Below are positions 24,101 to 35,200 of a stretch of DNA of 64,000 nucleotides, piece by piece (position 1 is the first letter of the stretch; every line of letters starts with the position of its first letter). A program made the translations under genes and the position numbers. The notes beneath the pieces are model-generated. The model made no database searches, had not been told where the DNA came from, and was given only the letters and a program-made list of their open reading frames with translations. Source of the DNA: Strigamia acuminata (lineage: Eukaryota); the NCBI GenBank assembly GCA_949358305.1, contig OX442314.1, positions 28,272,001 to 28,336,000 on the forward strand. Direction: 5' to 3'.

Positions 24101-25342
24101 CAAAGATCGTCCAGTTACATCATTTCGATAGCTTAGTGAAATTTCTGTGTTATCCTTTCTAGAAATTCCTTCTTTAATTGTTGTTTCATGCAATACAGTT
24201 TTGCCCTGAAAGATTATACGATTATAGATGTAATTCAGCAGATTACTGTATACATATAGAATACACACTACACATACATGTGACGCCAATAATCAAGTAG
24301 AGGGCACCTGTGCCGGGTACGATCTAGACTTGGCTTTCAGGTTATACTAGTTAGTATGTCTCTATATTAAAATGCTTTCACCAAATGTATGTATGTACAT
24401 ATGACTTACAACTTTTAATGAATTTATCACACAAGTCAGACATAAACAGACCAATGGCCCTGAGATAAGCCCTAGCCTACATGGGGTGATCTGACCCAGC
24501 AATGAAGTGGAGAGGTTTGAGTAGTGCAGGGAGTCCTGTTGTGGACAAGGAACAGGGATGTGAATAATTTTCATTCCCCATATTATAAAAAAATTATGGC
24601 ATCATGTTCATGAATTTACTATCATTTACTGTCATTTACTGTCAGCAGTGTCATGTACTACTAACACTTGTTTTGCCTTATTTTTTAATAACAATTTTTA
24701 CTTATGGTGACAACTGTAGGATGCTGGGCTTCAGCATCACAGTGACCAATCCTCTGGCATCCCTTCATTAAAAACTAACAATTACAAGAACAGTTTCATA
24801 ACAACTAATATCCGATCCAGTAATAAGAAAATAATAAGATTAAATACCTGTCTTATCTTGACGTGCTGTAAATTGCTTGAAATGTTGCTTTTTAACCAAA
24901 AATCTGCATAATTTTCAATTTTCACAGCTGCAGAAATCATGCTTCTCACTGGCAAAATACATTGACGTAATCTTTCGAGTTTGTCTTGCATTGAAGAAAC
25001 TTCTTCCATTTTTTCCCAGTATTCGGACAAAGATCCGGTATCGAGACCAAATAACCTAAATTCTGCGTATGTCATTTCACCTATTGGAACATATTCAATT
25101 TCAACTTTGAAATGTCCATCAAAGTAGAATTGGATTCTTTCCATTGTTTGGTAACAACAAATGGTGCCACAAACGATCAAAACAACGAACCAAACAGCCC
25201 GGACTAAACTTCGCTTTTTTTTGTTGAAAACATTATCAATAAACTTCAAACTATCATTGCCTGACAGGGAAGTTTGCATTTCTTGCCGTACAAAACGACG
25301 AATATGACTTCGACGAAGCCTAAGAGCTTTCACCACAGTCAT
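4392..25342 (-). CDS. Double-domain DEG/ENaC-like channel, paralog B (11 exons, about 867 aa)
   Basis: Hand-spliced exons (all GT-AG, phases consistent): 25342-24848, 24205-24088, 24025-23946, 23871-23782, 23205-22863, 22800-22124, 6637-6562, 6495-6407, 5821-5720, 5666-5560, 4818-4392; total 2604 nt with no internal stop found. Motifs: TM1 (AVWFVVLIVCGTICCYQ), Cys-rich thumb (CYEDC...CGCLRPCE), TM2 (YTIPNLLIDFGGNLGFSLGFSLLSLIE), second TM1 (LILIFTSAILAIYVS...YMSEP...YLPNLIAC), TGTCF, second thumb (CQDDC...RCKLPFL...CGCHPLCEE), second TM2 (YTAVGLCCDIGNSFALMLGLSILAIPE). Every exon length matches copy C. Confidence 0.85.
4935..5328. mobile_element. piggyBac-like MITE remnant in intron 10 of paralog B
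   Basis: Right end gacccatctcagggttggaaggg|ttaa; degenerate inverted copy on the left (cctttcactccctaagatgggt...tgaccc); absent from the homologous intron of copy C (about 44170). Confidence 0.55.
6715..7890 (-). mobile_element. Truncated Ty3/Gypsy 3' end: integrase C-terminus, PPT and short 3' LTR
   Basis: Integrase text SDNGPPF...TPLWPEANGEVER...YRATPHATTG (7444-7890, with a stop). PPT at 6850-6860. LTR 6715-6849 (135 bp, TGTA...TACA). Confidence 0.8.
8570..9595. mobile_element. Foldback element: 495-bp inverted arms, 36-bp spacer, TTA target duplication
   Basis: tta|caaggggagagcacc ... ggtgctctccccttg|tta; arms 8570-9064 and 9101-9595 with one mismatch noticed. Empty site (cttatcttagtcatc) at about 52074-52088. 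Confidence 0.9.
8925..9005 (+). other. tRNA-derived (SINE-like) segment with Pol III A and B boxes; mirrored on the minus strand at about 9160-9240
   Basis: A box TGGTCCAGTGG (8932-8942), B box GGTTCAAATCC (8975-8985), T5 run at 9001-9005. No convincing cloverleaf or anticodon arm. Confidence 0.55.
10580..11330 (-). pseudogene. Decayed MULE (Mutator-like) transposase
   Basis: Fragments LQTDATYKLLWQGFPVLVAGCSDANRTFHP and DFQDYFEEEYL..FVGW lie in different frames. Confidence 0.75.
11400..12760 (+). pseudogene. Second decayed MULE transposase, interrupted by one arm of a foldback-family element
   Basis: LQADATYKLNWHGFLVLIASCSDGHRVFHP, LGDCAVAITN and YCWAHV, with frameshifts. Confidence 0.75.
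12030..12447. mobile_element. Diverged single arm of the 8570-9595 foldback family
   Basis: Similar to 9090-9310 (ttttaattttttaacaaatataaaat...gtcatatgtcatg) and has the same terminus gctctccccttg; the tRNA-like block is missing. Confidence 0.7.
13055..21922 (-). mobile_element. Non-autonomous Ty3/Gypsy-derived LTR element (8868 bp)
   Basis: 833-bp LTRs at 13055-13887 and 21090-21922 (TGTCA...TGACA), apparently identical. TSD TTAC. PBS TGGCGAGCCTGACAGGA (21070-21086, tRNA-Arg-like). PPT at 13888-13896. Interior has no long sense ORF; protease relic APYIKI..VALLDPRAQTCAMS at about 19070-19260. Confidence 0.9.
23296..23720. mobile_element. MITE with CCGTA-type TIRs and TA duplication in intron 4 of paralog B
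   Basis: ta|ccgtaccgccccgtttaaacgcccggg ... cccgggcgtttaaacggggcggtacgg|ta; absent from copy C (about 48525). Confidence 0.9.
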
Positions 25343-26229
25343 TTTGCATCAAATTCTACTGTCATAATGTGAATGACAACCTCGGACAAACGCGTGTCAA
25401 CGCTCAAACTATAATTTTTCAAACTATAATTTTTAATTATAGTTTACATCTGTTTGAAAAGTAATTGGTGTCTTGTGCATAAAGAAATCATTAAAATAAA
25501 TAATTCATTTCTTTGAGACTCAGCTGTTAGCGTGGGGATATGAACTGAAAATTCTCAGGATTGGTTTTTTTTTATAACCAGTACATGAATTACTAAGAAA
25601 CCGTATTTCTTCGAATTAAAGTCGCCCTCGATCACAAGTCGTGATAAAAATTCAGTATGTGGAATACAAGTCGCTATCGATCCTAATATTCAAATATACT
25701 ACCATTTTGAAAAATACTTGAAAAACATAGCGTGTAGTACAAAGTAAAAAGCACAATTTTATTAATTTTAGTGTGCATAACGTGTATTATAGCGTGTATT
25801 ACAGACGTATAATTTACTCAGTGATCGGTTGTTTATGAAATTTTAATGAATTTTTTTTCTGTCAGAAAAGTTGCAAGTAATAATTATACGTTAAAGTTCA
25901 TGTTTTAATTTTGTCACAAACATCGTCGCTAATTATATAGTGCATGCACGCTATATAAATAAATTGCAAAACATTATTAAATATTCAAAAAAATATTCTC
26001 AGTATATGTAAATGAAAAATATTTCCAATAACAACAACGATCTCAACAGTATGCATTCACAGGAAAAGTGAAAAAGTGTTTAGTATGAACGGGTAGTGAG
26101 ATAAAAAAAAAAAAAGGCCTGGTTAAATTCAAAAGTTCTATTTAAATATATTTAAGATTTCTGTTTTAACGAATAGTTGTGATTTGCAGAGCATTTGATA
26201 AATTACAATTATATAATATAAAAATTTGC

Positions 26230-26951
26230 TAACTAATGGCTTGGGGATGGTTTCCCGTATGGATATTGGTCCAAATCATCAAATTAAGGATCTCATGGGC
26301 CAATATACTTATAAAAAAATAATGTGCTTCCATTTGCAGATGATAACCTGTCTTTGACATGGATATTTCAGCAGGATAATGATCCTAAGCATAAAGTCAT
26401 TTCGGTTACTCAGTGCTTACAAACCCATCACATTTAGGTTTTGACTTGGCCTGCACAATCGCCAGATCTAAATCCTACAGAAACAGTGTGGAATGATGTT
26501 GAGAAAGCAGTAAAAGATGCAAAACCTGCAAATTTGCCGAAATTATTTGACATTATCTATGTGAAATGGGAAAACATTCCTCTCGAACGCTGTATTAGTT
26601 TAGTTCGCTCAATGCCTCGTAGGTGCGCTGCGGTTATACAGAATTTTGGTTATCCAACAAAATATTGAATAGATTATTCAAATAAACAATGAATTTCTGA
26701 AGAAACCGGGTTTTTTGTGCTTTTTTGAATGTGCTGCTAAACTATTGTGTAGCAACAATTTGTACACAAACACTAAAAATTATTATTGATAATTACAAAG
26801 TATGATTTGTTTAAATGTTTTTGCATTTTCTAAAAGCAGAATTTAATGCCAAATTCATATTTTGTATCAGAAAGACTTTTTGTTAAAACACAAAATAGTG
26901 CAAATGACACTACTACCGGTAGTAGTGGTGCTAAACTTTTGGCCACCACTG
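26230..26951 (+). mobile_element. Decayed Tc1-like element, 3' part with right TIR
   Basis: FQQDNDPKH...WPAQSPDLNPTETVW with stops; terminus aaacttttggccaccactg|ta; duplicated at about 52685-53404. Confidence 0.8.
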
Positions 26952-27071
26952 TAAATTCACTGCTTACCGGTAGCTAAAAACTTACCTCGCGATATGATAA
27001 GTGATGATTAACGGTAGTCCGCCATCCGCCATCGTCACAAGTGTTTTTCTTCCGTTTTTGATCTACTAACT

Positions 27072-28661
27072 TGTGACGATTACCTTCTGGAGATAGCAAT
27101 TGCTAAACTAAAGTGTGAACTATCTGTGTGAAAATGTAAAATATGCAAACCTGATGTTTTCTCAAAACATATAACATTTATTCCGGTTTGAACCTTATAT
27201 AAATACTATGCCTACAAGTGGCTAAAATGACGAGAAGTTAAACTATACAGTTGTTTGGCAAAAGCCCTGAAATAATATCATTTGAAGGCTTCAGTCATGC
27301 AATAAGAATTTGTAACGGTCTTATTGCTGTGACGTAAAAGATGTCATCTATGAATGGCTTTGGCTTCTAAATGGTCCGGGGTTTGGTTCTAAAAGGCGTG
27401 TAAATGGTTAGGCTGGGTGGGTTATATCCGAGAGGTGCGGTTGACTTTTCTGTATCGTCACACACATCGCATCGCAGATAATTGTTGTAATCAATAATTA
27501 CCGCGAGATGTAACAATGTGAGAATAAATATTCATATTAATTCTATAGAATTAATCATGATATTTTAGAGTCACAAACTTAACTAAAACTATGAAAATAA
27601 GTAAAATATATTAAAATAGCGCCGAGCTATTTTTTGCCCCGAGTGCAATCAACATCTAAGTTAGACTTAAATGTTCCGTCAAACCAATAACGAATTGAAT
27701 CGAAATATCTCGCAGGAAAGGTTATCCATCGCCGGGAAATTACTCCACTCGGTCCTGGCTGGCGGGAGAGTAACCGGGAAATTACTCCGCGTCGATTACT
27801 CTGATAATGCGTCTGTGAAATATAAATACTCCACTCTAGATTCTACATTACCAATGCGTCTGTGAATTTTACTCCACTCTAGATTCTGCACTCTACAACG
27901 GAATGTTGGCATGAAGCTGGAGGGAGTGCGTCTGTGGGTTGTACCCCACTCTAGATACTACACTTAAATGTGTCTGTGAATTACTCACTCTAGTTACAAC
28001 ATTTCTACAACGGAATGTTGGCATGAAGAGGCGGGCAGTGTGTCTGTGAGTCTTCTACCCACTCTAGATACTTACACTAAATACAAAGTATTTCTACAAC
28101 GGATTGTCGGAACGCAGAGAAGTATAATATGTGCTCAAGTAATATCAGTATCAAACAAAAACAGAACAAGAGCGAGCTATATCCGTTTTGCAGGGGGATA
28201 TATACTCGGTGAGGAGAATAGCTGTTCAGTGATCCAATGGGATCACTGGGCAGTCAAATCCATCCAATCCTAGGTCATAGGAAGTGGATACTCAGGACAT
28301 AGTCTTCTACTAGGTCCAAAACAGGAACTGGATACGCAGGACACATTTTGGATTAAGTCCCTTTGACTATAATCCAAAAGGAGTCCAACTCACAGTGGGT
28401 GATGGGGGGTGACTTCACCAGGTGTAGAGTTTGCACATAATTCAATAGAATTATGTGACAAATAAATCAACTAGCATTTGAACATCCAAAAGTATTTAAA
28501 AGTGTCTAAAGTTGCAGTGGAATAAAATATAAATAGTAATTTATATTTTATTCACTCAAAAATTGTCGAAATTTGAATTTACCGCTAAAACGCATCAGCG
28601 CCATCTATTGGTGAAGTAATCGTCCTATACTAACAAAGTGCATGACAGTGTAACCGTCACA
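27072..28661 (-). repeat. 3' LTR of the Gypsy element
   Basis: Direct repeat of 39472-41061 (offset 12400); internal subrepeats (CACTCTAGA; TCTACAACGGAATGTTGGCATGAAG) at about 27820-28110. Confidence 0.95.
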
Positions 28662-29317
28662 AGTCCCCCTTAAATATATGTTAATACCTGTATTAACATA
28701 CTATTTATTCCGAATATCTTGAGGATCAAGACCACACTGTCATCTAGGGGACTCGAGCTGTAATCCTTGGTAAGCAAAAACCTTTATTTTATATCTTAAT
28801 AGTATAAATAAAGAGTATTTCTTAATCAAATGCTTCAAAAAATATTTATTAAGGTTATAAAACTTTCAATTATCAATAATAGCTTCCATCTCTCTTTACA
28901 GGTGGACTTACAACTGCATCAAGAAAAGGCGATAACTTAAACTAACATCAAACTCTTGTACCAAACAAATGATTAATAAAATTTAACAATTATTTTCACA
29001 AAACTTAACTTCTCACTGGAAATATAATGATTTGCAAAATAACACTTTACACGTTAAAATTCAAGTATTAAAATTAGTATTCATTTAAACAAACTCACAT
29101 TGACTCGTAATCAAATTTTAACAAAATTGTTAATTTAAATATTAAAGATCTTTGAATTATTCACAAAAACGGCATAAAATACACCTGAACCTGACTAAAT
29201 CTTTGTTTCAACTCGGGTCAAGAAATGGAGATGGAGAAAATGGACTCGTTACTTCTGGTCTTGCCTTAAAAGGGAAGATATCGGGAAAGTAACGGATCCC
29301 GACATCGTTGACGCTTT

Positions 29318-30961
29318 CTAGTCCAACTCTTCATCCTCAATAAATCCTTCCATGGATGTAACAACTTCCGAGACGGCTGCGGGTGGAGAATTAAGTTGAA
29401 TAGCTACCAATTCCGGTACTACATCTGTCTCAACGTCATGGGCCAGGGGATTCAGGAGCATTCTGTGTTGTTCCTCGGTGAATACTTCCAGGGGATCAGG
29501 CCCTCCTAACGGAATGGTGTTAGCGCTGGTTGGCTCGGAGAAAACCAAGTGATGGTCGGGTAAGCCGGAGTGCCATCCCTCACGAATCAACGGGTGTGCT
29601 GCTGCTGAGACCTGTTGCAAAATCTTACACCAAATAAAAGAGCGAGTTTGAAAAGATTCCGGCCGGGATGGATGGAAAATCCATTGGATCACGGCCAGTG
29701 GCACGCTCAAATCTGGAATTCGGTCGTTTGAAATCGACACACTAATACGCTTAGCTGCTTCCAATAAAATTGGGAAATAATGTTCCACTTCCGCCTTAGT
29801 TTGCTCCGTGAGCGACATGTCTGGTCTCGGCATATATGGGTGGACCAGTAAAATAACCGGTTCAGCAGCGTGGCTTGCTTCTGGGAGCGGGATAGTCGCT
29901 ACAATCATGTTGTTAGTCGACGTTCCCGCTGGAGAAGCGGCGGCTTGTGGACCAGAATCGGATGCAACCGGCGGAGAATCAGACGCAATAACTGACGTTG
30001 GAAGGTTTTCTGCCGAGGCAACTGGAGTTCCATCAATCGCAGGGGTGGGAGTTTCCGGCTCGCGTTGTGGCTCCGTAAATCCTCCTCGTGGAGTCGAGGT
30101 GCTGGACATTTGTGCCGGGTCTACATAAATAGCCTGCTCCGGGCCCTGGTGGATGAGGCCACATTCGCGACACATCGCCCAATTGCGTGCTGTCGGCGTA
30201 CTTAGCCCCTTGACGATAAATGGAAGAATTTCTTCATTCCACATGCTGGATATGGCAACGCGCTTACCACCGTGACAGTTCACGCAGACTACGGCGTGAA
30301 TGCCGGATAACAAGGACGACAACCATCCGCATCCTGCGCACAATGGGCAGAACATCAGCTTCGACTTTGGCATGATGTTAGTCCCCAAGGCGGCAGCTTC
30401 CATATCTCGAAATACGTGTTCTCTTCGCTGCTTCCGGTAACTTGGCAAATTTAGCTCCGATATCGAACGAGCTTGCGATGTTGGGCGGGTCAGCGCTTCG
30501 GATGAAGATGCCAACGTGGACTTGGTGGGTCCTTTGGATTTGCCAGTCTTGCCTCGACTAGCGGTATCACGCGGATTTCGTGGTCGGGCAAACTGCCTGC
30601 TGGTAGCTGGAGGCGGAGCTTCTTCAACCGATTCTTCTTCTTGTGAGAAGTCATCTTGGCGCCGTCTCCTCGAGGCAGAACGGGAGTATTGTGACGAGTC
30701 GTCAGAAAAATCCCAATTCGGCGCATCATAGGTTACAACACGCTGACTAGCTTGACGGCCTCTGGAAGGACGCGAGTCGGTCGGGCTAACACCCATGGCG
30801 GTCCTAATTCGTGGCGGTACGAGATCCGGGTTATCACGGGCCCAGTTGGCGACGAGCTCGGGGTCAGAGGAGGGATTAACAAAGCGATAATCCGTCTCTT
30901 CCGATTCTTCTGGATCCCAATGCACGTACTGTCGCTTGCTAGCACGACCTCGGCGACTCAT
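29318..30961 (-). CDS. Gypsy accessory ORF3 (547 aa), Cys-motif protein of unknown function, not env-like
   Basis: Uninterrupted ATG-initiated ORF between pol and the 3' LTR. R/S-rich N-terminus; CPLCAGCG, CVNCHGG and CRECGLIH motifs; no obvious signal peptide or TM anchor. Confidence 0.85.
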   Translation of the reverse strand: MSRRGRASKRQYVHWDPEESEETDYRFVNPSSDPELVANWARDNPDLVPPRIRTAMGVSPTDSRPSRGRQASQRVVTYDAPNWDFSDDSSQYSRSASRRRRQDDFSQEEESVEEAPPPATSRQFARPRNPRDTASRGKTGKSKGPTKSTLASSSEALTRPTSQARSISELNLPSYRKQRREHVFRDMEAAALGTNIMPKSKLMFCPLCAGCGWLSSLLSGIHAVVCVNCHGGKRVAISSMWNEEILPFIVKGLSTPTARNWAMCRECGLIHQGPEQAIYVDPAQMSSTSTPRGGFTEPQREPETPTPAIDGTPVASAENLPTSVIASDSPPVASDSGPQAAASPAGTSTNNMIVATIPLPEASHAAEPVILLVHPYMPRPDMSLTEQTKAEVEHYFPILLEAAKRISVSISNDRIPDLSVPLAVIQWIFHPSRPESFQTRSFIWCKILQQVSAAAHPLIREGWHSGLPDHHLVFSEPTSANTIPLGGPDPLEVFTEEQHRMLLNPLAHDVETDVVPELVAIQLNSPPAAVSEVVTSMEGFIEDEELD

Positions 30962-32267
30962 TGCATCTTCAAGAAAATATAAATTTTATTTGAGAACATG
31001 AATCAACCGTCGGAAATTAATTTAATTTCAAATTAAATTAATTGTCGACCAACAACTGGATTAATTTCATAATTAATTCTTAAGTTCCCTTGTTAGCGTG
31101 TTTCCTCCATTTGTCGAATAATTATTAAGATTAATAATTATTCTCGACTTGGCATATAATTTCATTTTATCGTTTAACACAATATCGCTGATAAAATATT
31201 CAAATTAGTGTTTATTTAATGAAATAAACCTAATTTTTGTATCTACACGACATAATAACTAAAAAACATATAAAAATATTAAAAAAAAATATTTTTGTAA
31301 GTGTTTTTTAGCATCCGACAATAGTCATTTTACATGGTTTTAATTGTACGAATAATTCCACAATTCGTCCGAGTAAATAATTTACTACCGACATCTGGTG
31401 GCGTTTGCCCCTATCATACACGTGACTTGTTAACCCATGTCTGCTCACCAATTTCCAAGGAACTTAAGAGATATTTTATCTTTCAAAAAATAAACACTTA
31501 CTAACTAGGTGTAGTCCTAGAAGGGTATACTTGGCTAGTTTAATGTCTAGCTTCACGTATTTGCGAGGGCTGTTCGGTTCCGGCGATGTTGGCCGATAAA
31601 AACGTTGTGCGGCGCGTGCGAATTCTAAGTCCGCCGTAATGAACGCTTAACCAAAATAAATGTTGTCAATTAATGTCAAAATATTATAAATTTTGACAAA
31701 ATATTGCTTAAATGTTTACCGGGAATTCACTTAGTGAGTTCGTGAAAGGCTTACTCGCGATTTTGTCCACGAGATGGTTTCGATAATCAGCGTCGTGTCG
31801 ATAATTTCTGAATTTGAACTGATATTTGTCAAATGAAAAAATCAGTAAAATAAACGATAAGTGTTCAAAATCATCTAGATTTTAACTCACTAAATTTCAG
31901 CGAAAATCCGTTAAAGCGTCGAAGGGTCGAGAATAATCCTTGATTTCAGTCCAGTACAAAACTTGGCGAACAAGTGAGTGATAATCTCAAACCAGGGGTT
32001 AAGGGGAGTTTCGAGGAGTAATTTGATTGGTTTGTAATTACTCATCTCGAAGTTTCTATTAACCCAAAGGGGGAAACACAGTTTCAAGTAAATGTTTACA
32101 CGTAGATTAATTTGAATACAATCAGCTTGTGTAAAAAATAACTCAAACATTTGTTAAATTTTATCCACATCAAAAAAAAATGTTTTTAATTAATAAAATT
32201 TAACAATTCTTCGTGAATATGATTGGAAATATTTATTTAAAATAAAATATTTTCAATATATTGTGTC

Positions 32268-35200
32268 CTAACCCAACTTGACTTGTTTTAGACAATTTAC
32301 GAGTTGTACAAAATCGGTCACGTATTTTGTGTTCGGCTTGGGTCTACGTTTAGACTGTCGAACGGGAGATGGAAATCTTTTCCTCTTTTTGGATGAATTT
32401 TGAGGAGTTTCGTCCTCTTTAGAAGAAATCTGAGAAGTTTCCTCCTCTTTCTCTTCAACTAAATCCTCTGTTTCCATGGACACAGGTTCATTTATTAATT
32501 CTGAAGAATTAATAACCTGACCTGCCATCCAATCTGGAGTCGGGTGTGATTCGTTGGTACCGACTTTCTGATCTAATGTCCATTCCTCAATCGGGTAACT
32601 TGGGATATAAGGCATTAAATCCTGTATGTTGATCGCTTTTGCTTTCGTGTTATCAGAAAGCTTACGTAGTGTGTAGGAACCTCCGCCGAGAACAGCCGTA
32701 ATTTCCCAAGGTCCATCACGTTTCTCAGCGAATCCTGCCGAAATCCCTTTATCTTTATTTGATAAAATATGTGTGGCTTTCCACACGAGATCTCCTTTGG
32801 CAAATTGACAAATATAATATTTGTCTTTATGTAGTCGATCATGCTTTTCGTAATTCGATTGAATTTTCCGATGCATTTCGCTGTGTGCACGTCTAATTAC
32901 GTCTAAAATACTATAGACATAAGCTTCGGGATTCTCTTTGTCGAATTTGATGGCGTGTTTAGTAATACGCGGGTCAAATGGCAAAGGGACGATTCTTCCC
33001 GTATTAAGAATCATCGGTGAACAATTTGTTGCCTCGGACTTAGCGGTGCGCATCGCAAAGGCAAAAGAATTTAAATATTTTGGCCAGTGGGAGTGAATGT
33101 CCGAGTATAAAGCTAACATCATTTTTAAAGTCCTGTTAGCCCGCTCTGTAATATTAGCGGCAGCGTGATATGGGCTAATGTGAGCAATATCTACGTGATT
33201 TTTTCGACAAAAATCATTAAATATTGTTGACACGAATTGTTTGCCGTTGTCGGAGATTATCTTTTTTGGATATCCCCAACGGTGGAAAACTTCGCTCATT
33301 TTATTAACGATGCATTCACTTGATGCAGTCGCTAGTGGGAAGACTTCAATCCATTTTGTACAATTATCAATGATTACTAAAATCCATTTTAATTGTGAAC
33401 GACCGGCTGGTTTTGGTCCCATCAGGTCAATGCTTACAGTCTCCCACGGGTTGGTCATGTTGTGAGGTGTATAGCTTGCCCGATGCTTTTGGTGTTGGCT
33501 AGGTTTGTATTGTTGGCAATGAGTGCAACTGCGAACGTAGTTTCGAGTGTCTTTGCTCATTCTAGGCCAGAAATACATCTGTTTTGCTCTATCTAGGGTT
33601 TTGCTCATGCCAGCGTGTCCTGTAAGTGGGTGGCCATGGCATGCGAATAATGCACGTCTCACGAGAGAGCGTGGAATTACCGCCTTAAACCCGTTGCCAG
33701 AGTCGTTTAACTCTTCCTCATCGGTCGGAGCAAAATAAATTAGCATAACACCTTTATTTTCTTCCGGTTCGTCGAGAGTGTAGCCACGAATCGCGTTTAA
33801 CCAATGTTTATCCGTGACACGATTTTTTAATTTTTCGTCTCCTTTTAGGTAAACAAGGATTTTACTACATGCTGGATCTTTAAGCTGCGCTTCGATAATT
33901 TCGTCTCGCGTCGGCGGAACTACTTTTAGGATATCTGTTAGCGCAGTGTGTACATTTTCGTGATTACAATTGTGGACATCTATATGTCTGCAATTTTCTC
34001 TTGTACATCCTTCTTCCTCCCCCTTTTCTCCAGAATCATGAAATCTAACTGGATTATATGATTCTGAGAAAAAGTCTAAACTAAGGCCAACATTTGTAAG
34101 AAAATGTTTGCGCTCAGTTTCCGTCACTTGTAAAGATGCACACCTGTTTCCATTCCAAGTTGGATAGAAATGGGTGATCTCCTCTGGTTCGATATAATCA
34201 TAATCCGGAGTGTCTAGTGCAGACAGTGGAGCGCGTGATAATGCGTCCGCTACTTGGTTCATTGCGCCGCGTCTAAAAATAATTTTAAACGCGCCACATT
34301 GTATTTTGACGGCCCAACGACCAAACCTTCCGGATGGTTCCGGCGTACTCATCAACCAGCTAAGGGCTTTAGCATCGGACTCGAGAGTGAAAGTCGTGTA
34401 TTCTATATATGGGCGAAATCTCTCGATTGCCCATACAACGGCCAAACACTCCAATTCCGGCGTAGAATACCTTACTTCGGCCCCGTGCAACACTCGACTG
34501 GCGTACGCGACTGCCTTTGGAACCATGATTAATTTCTGTTTCTTTTCACAGAATAACTCGACATCTTGGCAGAGTACTGCACCTAAGCCTGAATGAGAAG
34601 CATCTGTCAAAATGACAAAAGGCTTATTCATATCTGGCATGTGGAGAAGGGCCTGGTCCTTGTCACACAAAATATCTTTGATAGTTTCGAATGCAGTTGT
34701 TTGTGGATCATCCCACACAAACTTTGCTTGATCATGCATAATATTGGTCAATGGACGAGCAATATTTGCGATGTTAGGAATAAATTTTCGGAAAAAATTC
34801 GCAAGTCCTACAAATCTTTGAATGTCTTTAGAGCAAGTCGGTTTGGGAAAATTCCTTACAGCCGAGACTTTGTCAGGGTCTGGAAGAAGAGATCCCTCCG
34901 AAATTAAATGGCCTAAAAATCGTAATGATGTTCGACCAAATTTTGACTTGTCTTTATTGATAGTTAGATTCGCGGCATCCAACTTCTCAAGTACGTCTTT
35001 AATATGTAATAAATGATTTTCCCATGTGTCGGAAAAAATAATTATATCGTCTAAATAGACCAGAGCATGTTTATATAAAGAGTCACCCAATACGGTAGTC
35101 ATGAGGTGTTGAAAAGAACTAGGTGCATTACAAAGACCAAATGGCAATCTCTTGAATTGAAATTTGCCTTTTGGGGTGTAAAAAGCAGTTTTGCTCTTAT

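Noticed and set aside
29318..30961. env gene
   Set aside because: No signal peptide, fusion-peptide pattern or C-terminal TM segment is visible.
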